The notes beneath the pieces were generated by a model. That model ran no database searches and was not told the DNA's origin. It saw only the letters and a program-made list of their open reading frames with translations. Below are positions 34,726 to 45,086 of a DNA stretch of 64,000 nucleotides, in pieces. The translations under genes and the position numbers were made by a program. This DNA is from an uncultured Chloroflexia bacterium (lineage in GTDB: Bacteria; Chloroflexota; Limnocylindria; QHBO01), in contig CAWCXQ010000003.1 in assembly GCA_963799675.1 (NCBI GenBank), forward strand, positions 12,162-76,161, given 5' to 3'. Position 1 is the stretch's first letter. The number at the start of each line of letters is the position of its first letter.

Positions 34726-35900
34726 CGCTTCCCCCACATCTCGCGCGCATTGTCGAAGCCGAATATCCGCGTTTCTCGGACGCGGAGATGGCGCGCCGCC
34801 GCGCGGCCATTGAAGCGCTGCTGGCCGAAGCCGACTGTGACCATCTGGTGTTCTGCGGCGCCAATCGCTTCGGTTCGTCCGTGCAATGGCTCACGCAATG
34901 GCCGGTGACCGCCGAGGCGGTCGGCGTGCTTACGCCCGGCGAGCGCGACGCACTGTTCGTGCAATACGTCAATCACGCGCCGCAGGCGCGAATTCTCGCC
35001 GACAAGGCAGAAGTGGCCTGGGGCGGCAAGTCATCGATTGCGGCGGCGATCGAGGTGCTGGCGAAACGCGGCGCGCGCGAAAACCGCGTCGGCGACGCTC
35101 GGACCGCTCACGCGCCGATCAACACGCGGCGCTTTCGGCGAAGTTCGGCAAGCTCAAAAGCCTCAACCGCGACTATGTCCGCTTGCGGCAGGTGAAATCG
35201 GCCGAGGAGCTCGATTGGCTGCGCATCGGCGCGCATTTCAGCGATCTCGGCATGGCGGCGCTGCGCGATGGGGTCGAAGCCGGGCCTGAACGAGCGCGAA
35301 CTCGGCGATGTGGTCGAGCGCGCTTACGTCGCGCAGGGCGCAATCAACGTCATTCATTATATCGGCGTCACGTCGATGAGCGCGCCCGATCTCGGCGTGC
35401 CGCGCCAGTTTCCGCGCATGCGGCGAGTGCAGGCAGGCGATGCGGTGGTGGCGGAGATCACCGCGGCGTTCTGGGATCATCCGGGGCAGGTGCTGCGCAG
35501 TTTCGCGCTGGGCGAGCCGAGCAAGCTCTATCGCGATCTGCATGCGGCGGCCGACGCGGCCTTCGATGCGATTGCGTCGGTGCTCAAGGCCGGCGCGACG
35601 CCGGCGCAGGTGATCGAGGCGTCAGGCGTGATCGAAGAGGCCGGCTTCACGATCATCGACGATCTCCTGCACGGCTACGGCGGGGGCTATCTGCCGCCGA
35701 TTCTCGGCTGCAAGAGCCGCCCGGCGGGCCCGGTCCCACACGAGCCGTTCCGCGCCGGGCAGACCGTCGTGGTCCAGCCCAATGTGGTGACGCGCGACGG
35801 CAAGGCCGGCGTGCAGACCGGCGAAATGGTGTTGATCACTGCGACCGGCGTAGAACGTTTCACACGTTCCGCGAGGGTTTGCACTCTGCCGTCACCCTGA
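34722..35900 (+). pseudogene. M24-family metallopeptidase (creatinase / Xaa-Pro dipeptidase-like), several frameshifts
   Basis: The GTG start overlaps the RidA stop (GTGA). The pieces read ..PRFSDAEMARRRAAIEALLAEADCDHLVF.., ..LRQVKSAEELDWLRIGAHFSDLGMAALRDGVEAG.., and ..ELGDVVERAYVAQGAINVIHYIG...GDAVVAEI...DDLLHGYGGGY...VVVQPNV.., in ORFs 34251.., 34886.. and 35268..35900. Confidence 0.75.
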
Positions 35901-35960
35901 GGTGCGAGCGAAGCAGTCGAAGTGACGTCATCTTCGAGCCTTCGCGCCACCTCATCAGAG

Positions 35961-37029
35961 CTACCTCAGCTGCTCCTCCATCCAGTCCGCGCTCTGCGAG
36001 CGCCAGCGGTAGGCGCGGTTGGTGGCGATGTGATTGCCGTCCTCGATCATCATCAGCTCGACCGGGCCCTTTGCTTCGCGCGCCAGACGCTCGGCGTCCT
36101 TCGCCGGCACGATGCGGTCGAGCCGGCCGTTCACGATGAAAAGCGGGCAGGTGATGTTTTGCGCGACGCCTTCCAGCGACAGCGTCGTCGCGTTCTTGCG
36201 TCGCCTCGTCTTGCGTCTTGCAATGGCTGCGCACGCGGAATGCCTTCGCGCGTCAATTCCGGCAGGTTGTCCCAGTCGGCGCCCCAGTTGAACGGCCCGC
36301 CCAGCGCGATGCAGGCCTTGATGCGCTTGTCGAAGGCGGCGGCGCGCGGCGCGTAATAGCCGCCGAGGCTGACGCCCCACATGCCGATGCGCTTGGCGTC
36401 GAGATCGCGCCGCTTCTCGACGAAATCGATCACGGCCTTCACCGGCACCTCGTAGTCGCCGCGGATGGCGAAAATCGTATTGCGCCTTCGCCCTGGCCGG
36501 GACCTTCGAAGATCAAGCGTCGCGATGCCGCGCGCCAGAAACGGCGCCTCGTAGGCGTCGCCTTCTTCCTTGGTCGAATCGAGGCCGACCGCCATCACGA
36601 CGACCGGCGGCTTTTCGACGCCTGCCGGCTTGCGCAGGATGCCGGCCAGCGTCTTGCCCTGGTAGGGGATCTCGACGCGTTCGCCGGGCGGCCGCAGATA
36701 GGGAAGCGCGCGCCTGCCGGCATTCGATCTCCTTCTTGTGCGCGGCCTTCATCTGCGCCTGGTCGTGCACGAACAGAAACGACGCGAAGTGATAGTAGAC
36801 GCCGGCGCGCTGCAGGCATTCGCCGGCGGTGAGAAATGCGTTTCTCGCGAGCGCCTCGCGGCCGAGCTGCTCGTGATGCGCGGCGCGCGCCGACCAGGCG
36901 CTGCACCACTCGTCGTAGCGACGTGATCGAGCCGGTGACTTCCTCGAAGTCGGTCAGCACCACGCCATTGGCGACGAAGCGCGGGCCCCAATGGGCGATC
37001 GCGGCCTTGAGCCAGGGGTCGGATGACAT
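35961..37029 (-). pseudogene. alpha/beta hydrolase (dienelactone-hydrolase / prolyl-oligopeptidase-like), several frameshifts
   Basis: The start is MSSDPWLKAAIAHWGPRFVANGV. The nucleophile elbow is GMWGVSLGGYYA. The C-terminus is ..CPLFIVNGRLDRIVPAKDAERLAREAKGPVELMMIEDGNH.. The pieces lie in ORFs 36595..37584 (tail), 36513..36770, 36131..36598 and 35961..36380. Confidence 0.75.
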
Positions 37030-37055
37030 GCGAAATTTCCTTGATGCGAGAGAGA

Positions 37056-37892
37056 TCAGTCGGCTCTTTTCGTCGCGGCGATACCAGGGCATGAAGCGCC
37101 GCGTGCCCAGTTCACCAGCAACTCGAAGCCGACGCCGAAGGCGGCCAGCAGCAGCACGCCGACGAAGGCCTCGTTGTGGTGATAGGAGCGCGAATTGTAG
37201 AGGATGTAATAGCCGAGCCCGCCGATCGAGAGGAAGAACTCCGCCACCACCGCGCCGATCAGCGCGCGGCCGGCGGCGAGCCGGAAGCCGGCGAGCAAAT
37301 AGGGCATCGACGCGGGCAGCACGATGTCGATCAGCATGCGCAGGCGGCCGGAGCGGAACGAGCGCGCGACTTCGAGATATTCGCGCGGCACCGAGCGCGC
37401 GCCATCGGCGACGTTGATGATGATGGCGAAGATCGCGGCGAAGATGATGGTGGCGATGCGGGTCGCGCCCGAATAGCCGAACCACAGCGAGAACAGCGGC
37501 AGCACGACGATCATCGGCATGGCGTTGAAGCCGTTGATGTAGTGCGCGGATGCATGCGGTCGACGACGTCGGGCTGCGCCCCATCAGCAGGCCGATGACG
37601 GTGCCGAGCGACGATCGTGATCGCGAGCCCTTCGGCGACGGCGGCGAGCGTGGCGCCGAGCGGCGCTGCAGGAACGCGGGATCGGTGATGCACGCGCGGG
37701 ATCGCCAGCACGCACGGTGCTCGGCTTGGCGACGTAGGCCGGCGCCAGCGCGCGCACCACGAACTTCCCACAGCGAGCAGGATGGCCAGCCCGGTGATCA
37801 AGCCGCGGCAACAAGCGCGCCGCTGCGTCAGGCCGACGCTTGCGGCGTCGGCGCGGCGCGGGATGGCGGCGATGACGGCCGACTTCGATCAT
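37056..37892 (-). pseudogene. ABC transporter permease (NitT/TauT family), frameshifted
   Basis: ORF 37056..37520 carries the EAA-type region ..INVADGARSVPREYLEVARSFRSGRLRMLIDIVLPASMPYLLAGFRLAAGRALIGAVVAEF.. The N-terminal TM pieces are in other frames (37511..37801 and 37584..37892). Confidence 0.8.
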
Positions 37893-38638
37893 CTATTGCC
37901 TCCAGCGCGCGAAATGTTGCTCGATCTTCAGGCCGAGCCGCATCAGGCCGACGCCGATGAGGCCGATGACAAGGATCGAGGCGAACACGCCGCCGGTGTC
38001 GAAGTTCTGCGACGCGCCCATGATCAGCTGGCCGAGGCCGGTCGAGGACAGGAAGAATTCCGCGGCGATCATGCCGACCAGCGCGCGGCCGATCGCCTGG
38101 CGCACGCCGGTCATCATGTAGGGCAGGGTGTAGGGCAGCATCACCTCGCGCCACAGCGCCCATTCGCTCGAGCGAAAGGATTTCGCCACCTCGATCAGCT
38201 CGGGCTTGATGCTGCGCGCGCCTTCCACCGTGTTGTAGAGCACCGGGAACACCGCGAACAGAAACACCACCAGCACCTTGGGCGCAAAGCCGAAGCCCAT
38301 CATCGACAGGATGAACGGGATCAGCGCCACCATCGGCGTGGCATAGAGGATCATGATGTAGGGCTCGATGCCGATGCGCAGCACGCGCACGCGCGCCAGC
38401 AGCAGGCCGAGCGGCGCGCCGACGAGCGAGCGCCAGCACGAAGCCGGTGAGGAACAGCTCGGCCGAATCGAGCAATTGCGCTGAGGAATTCGCCGCGCGA
38501 CGATCAGTTGCCAGAGCCGGACCAGCGTCTCCGAGAACGGCACCATGAAGGCTGCGCTGGTCGATGCGCCCGGCGATCTCCCAGAGCGCAGCCGAGATGC
38601 CGAGCCAGAGCGACGGCGTGAGGCCAGAGCGGTGTCAT
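37893..38638 (-). pseudogene. ABC transporter permease (NitT/TauT family), frameshifted at the 5' part
   Basis: ORF 37893..38546: ..YNTVEGARSIKPELIEVAKSFRSSEWALWREVMLPYTLPYMMTGVRQAIGRALVGMIAAEF.. The putative start MTPLWP at 38638 is in another frame. Confidence 0.8.
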
Positions 38639-38723
38639 CGCCCGCGAACGGCTGATCAGTACGGCGGCACTCGCTAACACGGGATACGCCTCGCTGTCCG
38701 TGGGACCTCGCTGCGGCGTGCGG

Positions 38724-39730
38724 TCACTTCACCATCGCGTTGGCGTCTTTCCAGACGCTGCCGTCGACGAAGTTGTCGTAAGTCACCGGCTCCTTGTCGG
38801 CCTTGATGAGCCGATCTTCTTCATCAGCGCGGCGACCGCCTCGATCTTGTTCCGCGGCATGCCGTCGTCCTTGGCCGCCCAGAAGTCGATGTCGAGAAAC
38901 TCCTTGAGCGCGGCCTTGTTGACCTCTTTGTTGTGGCCGGTGACGGCGGCGGCCTCCGCCACGGCGTCGGCATTCTTCGGGTCCTGCATGAAGCGCGCGG
39001 CCTCGATCATGCCGGCGACCGTGCGCACGATGGCGTCGCGGTTTTTCTCCAGATTGTCCTTGCGCGCGACCAGGATGAGATAGTGGCTGGTCGGATTGGT
39101 GTTCTTCATCGCCAGCAGGATATTGAGCTTCTTGCCCTGGATGCTGGATCTCGGCAAGGTCGTCGAGATGCAGCACGGCATATTGCAGGCGGCCGGCGAG
39201 CAGCGCCGGGCCGGGGCTCGAGCCGAGCGCGACTGCTTGACGTCTTCGATCTTCACGTCCGGGCAGCCGCCGGCGAGCATCGAGCGCAGCGCGACCGAAC
39301 GCGCGCCGTTGATCGAATCGACGCCGACGTCCTGGCCGGCCAGATCCTTGCAGGTCTTGCCCGTCGTCGGTGGTGCCGATCACCCAATCCGGATTGGGCA
39401 TGCCATAGACGGCGACCAGCGGCACGTCGGCATTGGAGACCTGGTTGATGACCGGCGGCGTCGGCGACCACGCCATGTCGACGTCGCCGGCGACCACCGC
39501 GCGCGCCGCGGCGGTGCCGTTGTCGAACGGCTTGATTTCGACGTCGACGCCGTGCTTTTTGAAGAAGCCCTGCTTCTCGGCGACGTAGGCGATCGTGACC
39601 GAAAAGATCGGCGGAATGCCCGGCATTGCCATGACGATTTTCTTGCCTTGCGCCGAGGCCGGTGCGGCGTCGCCAGCAACGTCGCCAGCAGCAGCCCGCC
39701 GGCCGCTGCTGCAATAGTCCTGCGGATCAT
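38724..39730 (-). pseudogene. ABC transporter substrate-binding protein (NMT1/THI5-like, NitT/TauT family), several frameshifts
   Basis: GGAGGA lies upstream of MIRRTIAAAAGGLLLATLLATP (signal). The pieces read ..MAMPGIPPIFSVTIAYVAEKQGFFKKHGVDVEIKPFDNGTAAARAVVAGDVDMAWSPTPPVINQ.. (ORF 38724..39632) and ..NILLAMKNTNPTSHYLILVARKDNLEKNRDAIVRTVAGMIEAARFMQDP.. (ORF 38783..39280). Confidence 0.8.
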
Positions 39731-39771
39731 GGAATCCTCCCTGTAGGCTTCACGATTTTCTTGTTCGGCTT

Positions 39772-40610
39772 TTAGCGTTCGAGATGGAATTCGGCTTCGC
39801 GCGCCTCCCGCATCAGCGTGCCCCAGACGCGCTCGCGCAATTCGGCAAAGCGCGGCTCGCGCAAGCGTCTCGCGCGTGCGCGGCTCCGGCAGGTCGATGG
39901 TGATGGTTTCGTGGATGCTCGACGGCCGGCCCTTGAGCACGATCACGCGATGGCCGAGCAGCACCGCTTCCTCGATCGAGTGCGTGACGAAGACCATGGC
40001 GGTCGGCCGCTGCTCCCAGATGCGCAGCAGTTCGAATTGCAGAATCTCGCGCGTCTGCGCGTCGACCGCCGCGAACGGCTCGTCCATCAGCAGCACGTTC
40101 GGCTCAACCGCCAGCGCGCGCGCAAGGCCGCAGCGCTGCTGCATGCCGCCGGACATCTGATAGGGGAATGCCGTCTCGAAGCCGGTCAAGCCCGACCAGC
40201 TTGATGAACTCCGGCACCTTGCGTTCGATCTCCGCTTTCGATGCGCCGGCCATGCGCAGGCCATAGGCGACGTTCTCGAACACGGTCTTCCACGGGAACA
40301 GGCCGAAGTGCTGGAACACCATGGCGACGCCGGCGATCGGCTCGGTCACGCGCTCGTCGCCGACCCAGATCTCGCCGGCATCGTGCGGCAGCAGGCCGTC
40401 GATGCAGCGCAGCAGCGTGGTCTTGCCGCAGCCGGAAGGCCCGACGATGGCGACGATCTCGCGCTCGCCGACCTCGAAATCGATGTTGCGGAAGACTTCG
40501 AGCGTGCCGTAGTGCTTGCCCAGGCCGTTGACGCGGATGCGTGGCTCGGCGTTTCGCGGCCTGCGAGGCGGGCGCGGATCGCGCGGTGTTGCTGACGTTT
40601 GACTTGTCAC
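39772..40610 (-). pseudogene. ABC transporter ATP-binding protein, one or two frameshifts
   Basis: Walker A is GPSGCGKTT, the signature is MSGGMQQR, and Walker B is LLMDEPF. The pieces are in ORFs 40104..40898 and 39380..40264. The tail ..FAELRERVWGTLMREAREAEFHLER-stop ends at 39772. The GTG start overlaps the upstream stop (GTGA at 40607-40610). Confidence 0.85.
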
Positions 40611-41247
40611 TCGGCGGCCTGTGTTGCGGGTTTGCGGTTGATCTTGGCCCAATAGTCGGCGGCTTGCTTGGAACGCTTGAGCGCGTCCTCGGTCTCGAAG
40701 CCCGGCGCCATCGAGCCGTCGGTGCCGGCGAGAATCTGGTGGTGCTCGATGTTGAGCGTGCGCAGCCAGCGCTGCTGGCCCATCGTGATGGCGACGAAAT
40801 AGCCGATCTCGACCAGCTCGGGCTCGCTGAAGTGCTTGTGCAGCCGCGTCCCACAACTCGTCGGTCGAGCGGCAGATCCCAGGTGATGGCCTCGGCATAG
40901 GCGAGCGCCGCCTTCTGGCGCTCGTCGTAACGCGACGAGGTCTCGAAATTGATCAGGTCGGAATAGTCGTCTTCCTTGAGCCCGGACTTGGCCGCCTTGA
41001 TCGAACGCTGGTTGCCGCAGAATTCGCACAGCACCGAACGCGACACATAGATCCGGCAAAGCTCCTTGATCTTGTGATCGGCGACGCCGTTCTTGAATAC
41101 GTCGCGCCAGGTATTGGCGAACGACCAGAAGGTCGCCGGCACATGGGCGCGAACGGCCTGGCTTTCCGGCCGCGGCGTTCCCTCGCGCGCGCAGCGCTCG
41201 AATTCGGCGAGCATGGCAGGATCTTTGATCGTGCGAAGGATCGACAT
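40607..41247 (-). pseudogene. carboxymuconolactone decarboxylase (AhpD-like) family protein, one frameshift
   Basis: MSILRTIKDPAMLAEFERCAREG...IYVSRSVLCEFCGNQR (CxxC) in ORF 40186..41460 joins ..FSEPELVEIGYFVAITMGQQRWLRTLNI.. in ORF 40607..41389. The shift is near 40860. Confidence 0.75.
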
Positions 41248-41741
41248 AGCTAATGCGAGGTTTCGACATCGGTGTTTCTCCCGGAAGAAAAAGTATCGGC
41301 GCACCGGCTTCGATGCGACCGTGTGGGTCTTGGCGACAGGTGGGCATGTTGCCGCAACACCGCCGCACGGGCAACGCTGGCCGCCGCATTTCGGTAACTC
41401 TGCCTTAGTCTTGACGATCTCCCAACGCGTCGAGGCCGGCGCCCGCACAGTGGGCAACAACCCCGTATTTGCGGCGCCTTTTGCGGTTGCGCGCGCGCAT
41501 TACGCTTAACCGCTGATTACCGGCGCTGACAAGCATTCGCACCAGTATTGTTAATTTCGTGCAAGGTTACTCTAAAGTTTATCGCAGATCGGATACGCGT
41601 CGTAAACGCTACGAATTCATGGGCTCTTCAGCATAGACACAATTGCGACAGTGATTTTAGTAATTCAATACTTCCTCGCCCCTAGTGTTCGTTTGAACAG
41701 ACCGCGGAAGTATTCGGTCGCGTCAAACGGGGCTCATTGTC

Positions 41742-42604
41742 GTGCGTGCCAGTACCATCGTCATGATCGGGTTTGCCGTCGTCTTCGGCTTGCTCGCTGT
41801 GTTCATCGCTCAGGTCTGGCTCAACAACCAGGCGAGCATGCAGGCGAGGAACGCACCGAACAGCCGACGCAGGTGGCGTCGCAGACGGTCGTCGTCGCCA
41901 AGCAGCCGCTGCGCTTCGGCACCGAGCTCAATGCGTCCATGTTGCACGAAGTGCCGTGGCCGTCGACGCGCTGCCGGCGGGCGCCTTCGCAAAAATCAAC
42001 GACGTCATGTCGGGCGGCCGCCGCGTCGTGCTGGCCGCGATTGAAGCCAACGAGCCGGTGCTCGCGCTCAAGATCACCGGCGCCGGTCAGCGCGCGACGC
42101 TGTCCGCGCTCGTCAAGCCGGGCATGAAGGCTGTGACGATCCGCGTCAACGACGTCGAAGGCGTCGGCGGCTTCGTGCTGCCGGGCGATCACGTCGACGT
42201 CGTGCTGACGCGCCAGCTCGAAAAGGGCTCGGCCACAACCGAAGTCGTGCTGCAGAACACGCGCGTGCTCGCGGTCGATCAGATCGCCGATGATCGCGCC
42301 GCCAAGGCGACGGTCGCGAAGTCGGTGACGCTCGAAGTCGACACCGTCGAAGCGCAGAAATTGTGGCTCGCGTCTTCGGTCGGCAGCCTGTCGCTGCTGC
42401 TGCGCAAGGCCGGCGAAACCGCCGAAGACAAAGACGCGCAAGGTCACGCTCAACGATTTGGGGACCAATGAACCGGTCGGCGACAAGGGCGCCACCACGA
42501 CTGTGGTGGTGACGCGCGCGTCGGCCAAGCAGGACTACACCGTGCCGGTCGAGGGACATGATGGGGCCTCGGCGGACACGGAGCGGAGGCGAGCCGCCTG
42601 GTGA
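41742..42604 (+). pseudogene. cpaB: Flp/Tad pilus assembly protein CpaB, frameshifted
   Basis: The GTG start gives MRASTIVMIGFAVVFGLLAVFIAQVWL (TM). The pieces ..VVVAKQPLRFGTELNASMLHEVPWP.. and ..VLAAIEANEPVLALKITGAG...GMKAVTIRVNDVEGVGGFVLPGDHVDVVLT...LQNTRVLAVDQ.. lie in ORFs 41742.., 41651.. and 41773..42471. Confidence 0.85.
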
Positions 42605-42657
42605 CTCCAGGCTTGGGATCATTAAAGGGGTGGGGAGTGTGTCGTGAACAATCAACA

Positions 42658-44216
42658 ATGAAATCGGCGTCGGCTTCCGCTGGCGCGTTGAGGACAGGGC
42701 CACCAAGCGTGGCAATTGGCTGCGCGATCTTGCGATCGCTCTGGTCATCGCCTTGGCTGCATCGATCCTGGGCATGATCGGTGATGCGTATGCGCAGGCG
42801 CCGACGAAGCTGCATCCAGATCAGCGGCAGCAACCGCACGGCCATGGTGACTGGTGCCGATCGGCAAGTCGCAGGACGTGCGCACCGATGCGAGCTTCGT
42901 CGACATCACGGTCGGCGATCCGGAAGTCGCCGACGTCAATCCGCTGACCGACCACACGCTGTCGATCCTCGGCAAGAAGATCGGCACGACGCGCGTGTCG
43001 GTTTACGCCGAAGGCAAGAAGCTGGTCGGCATCTTCGATATCGAGGTGTCTTACGACATCACGCGGCTCAGCAACGAGCTGCAGCGGCGTTTCCCGGGCT
43101 CGCGACATCCAGGCTTCGACGCGTCAACGGCCGCATCATGCTGTCGGGCGAGGTCGCGGATGCTGCCACGCTCGACAAGGCGGTGACCATCGCGCGGCCA
43201 GTTCGGGCCCGAAATCATCAACTCGGTCTCGGTCGATGTCGCCGCAGCAGGTGATGCTGGAAGTGCGCTTCATCGAGATTTCGCGCACGGCCGGCCGCGA
43301 ATTCGGCGTGCAGTGGAACCGGTTCGGCGGCAGCAGCATCGCCAATATCGGTAACCGCGTCGCCGGCGAACAACCTGCCGACTCGACGGCCGAGCCAGCA
43401 ATTCGCCGGCGAAACGGCGGCGGGCGTGCATCTCCGGCGCTTCGCCGTTCGGCTTTCTGGTCGGCCGCATCGTCGGCGAGCGGAGCGACGACCGACGTGA
43501 TGATCAATGCGCTCGAAGCAGAAGGGCATCGCCCGCAGCCTGGCGGAGCCCAACCTGGTTGCGCTGTCGGGCGATACCGCGAGCTTCCTCGCCGGTGGCG
43601 AATATCCGATCCCGGTGTCCGGCGTCGTTCGGCCAGGTGACGGTCGACTACAAGAAATACGGCGTCGGTCTCGCCTTCACGCCGACGGTGCTCGGCCGCG
43701 GCTTGATCAACCTGAAGATCGAGCCGGAAGTGAGCCAGATCGACACCACGCATACGGTCTCGGTCGGCAACGGCGTCTCGGTGCCGGCGCTGATCGTGCG
43801 TCGCGCGTCCACCACGGTCGAGCTGACGCGACGGGCAGAGCTTCGTGATCGGCGGCTTGCTGCAAAACAACAACAAGAACCAGATCGAGCAGCTGCCATG
43901 GCTCGGCAGCGTGCCGGTGCTGGGCGCGTTGTTCTCCAGCAAGTCCTATCAGAAGAACGAGACCGACCTCGCCATCATCGTTACGCCGCGCCTCGTGCGT
44001 CCGGCGCGGCCCGGCGACGTGGTCAAGGCGCCGACCGACGACACCTTGCCGCCGAACGATACCGACTTCTTCCTGCTCGGAAAGATGGAAGTCACGCGGG
44101 AAGAGGCGCGCAAGCTGACGCCCGCTACGGCGCGGGTTGCGGTCGCCGGCGACCGTCCGTTCACCGGGCACATGCTCGACATGCCGAAGGGAGGAATCCA
44201 ATGCGGCAATTCAGTA
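42658..44216 (+). pseudogene. cpaC: Tad pilus secretin CpaC/RcpA, several frameshifts
   Basis: The pieces read ..LPIGKSQDVRTDASFVDITVGDPEVADVNPLTDHTLSILGKKIGTTRVSVY.., VMLEVRFIEISRTAGREFGVQWN, ..SFLAGGEYPIPV.., ..VDYKKYGVGLAFTPTVL.., and ..IGGLLQNNNKNQIEQLPWLGSVPVLGALFSS...ETDLAIIVTPRLV. The start and stop are approximate. Confidence 0.85.
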
Positions 44217-44561
44217 AGGTCATGCGCACTGTCGCGCTTGCCGGCGTTGTTTGCCGTTCTCGGCGGCTGCTCGGAATATCTCGATCGCCGCGACTCCGTC
44301 GCGCTTTCGGGCGGCAATGCGGTTGCGACCAACATCGTGACCCAGACGGTCGATCCTTGGCCGCCCGCGAGCGCCAACCGCAACATCGCGTTCAACGGCC
44401 AGAAGATGGAAACGGCCGTCGAGCGCTATCGCACCAACCGGGTCATTCCGCCGCGCGGAATTGGCACGTCCGGCAGCTACACGGACGGCGGTGGTGGCGG
44501 CCAGAACAGCGCAGGGCCGGTCGGAACCCCTGTAACGGCGCCGGCAGCGGCGGTGAAATAA
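44201..44561 (+). pseudogene. Tad-locus lipoprotein (lipobox LGGC), one frameshift
   Basis: AAGGGAGGA lies upstream of the ATG at 44201. The start MRQFSKVMRTVALA.. is followed after a shift near 44245 by ..LFAVLGGCSEYLDRRDSVALSGGNAVATNIVTQTVDPWPP...AVERYRTNRVIPPRG...-stop at 44561. The family (CpaD-like or DUF3613-like) could not be decided by eye. Confidence 0.55.
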
Positions 44562-44614
44562 ACCTCGGGCAATTGCACCATGCGCATTGGACGGAATTCC
44601 AGCACGAACCGGAC
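44562..44614. other. breakpoint between alphaproteobacterial and Gram-positive-like sequence (chimeric joint)
   Basis: The last alphaproteobacterial stop codon ends at 44561. The first recognisable DnaK residues (VAAKDKATNKEQKVTI) start near 44615. The ~53 nt in between match neither context in any frame that I can recognise. Confidence 0.7.
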
Positions 44615-45086
44615 CCGCGTGGCCGCCAAGGACAAGGCGACCAACAAGGAGCAGAAGGTCACGATCACCGCCTCGTCGATGCTCGCCAAGGAGGATGTGG
44701 ATCAGATGGTCCGCGACGCCGCCGAGCACGCGGAGGAGGACCGAAAGCGGCGTGCCGAGGTCGAGTCCCGAAACGAGGCGGATGCGCTCGTCTTCCAGGC
44801 CGAGCGGCTCCTGAAGGATCTCGACGACAAGATGTCGGACGACGACAAGGCGGATCTCAACTCACGCATGGAGGCGGTCCGCGAGGCTCTCAAGGGGACC
44901 GATGCGGGCGCCATCGACTCCACCAAGCAGCAGCTGGCGGAGGCCCTGCAGCGAGTGGGGACGAAGGCCTACGAGGCGACGCCCGACGGCGGCGACGGCT
45001 CCGCCGGGGGCAATGGCGCCGCTGGCGGTGAGCAGCCCGCCGAGGAGGAAGGCGAGACGATCGAGGGCGAGTACAAGGAGGTCTGA
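44615..45086 (+). pseudogene. dnaK: dnaK, 3'-terminal fragment only (last ~155 codons)
   Basis: ORF 44580..45086: ..VAAKDKATNKEQKVTITASSMLAKEDVDQMVRDAAEHAEEDRKRRAEVESRNEADALVFQAERLLKD...EGEYKEV-stop. This is the Hsp70 lid and C-terminal tail. No ATPase or beta-sandwich domain lies upstream. Confidence 0.85.

Noticed and set aside
44570-44606. CAATTG (MfeI) and GAATTC (EcoRI) sites 20 nt apart at the joint, as a hint of a cloning linker.
   Set aside because: GAATTC also occurs at several ordinary positions in the left half, for example near 7679, 14487, 17349, 39787 and 43299. The sites are therefore not distinctive evidence.
44580-44614. The ATG at 44580 as a genuine start of a small DnaK-C-terminal-domain protein.
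   Set aside because: There is no ribosome-binding site. The first ~12 residues (MRIGRNSSTNRTR) are not Hsp70-like. The similarity starts mid-domain, which fits a truncation better than a stand-alone gene.
43559-45031. A 490-aa ORF spanning the cpaC 3' end, the lipoprotein gene, the joint and the dnaK fragment.
   Set aside because: Only its first ~90 residues are in the cpaC frame. The remainder is out-of-frame read-through across unrelated genes and across the chimeric joint.
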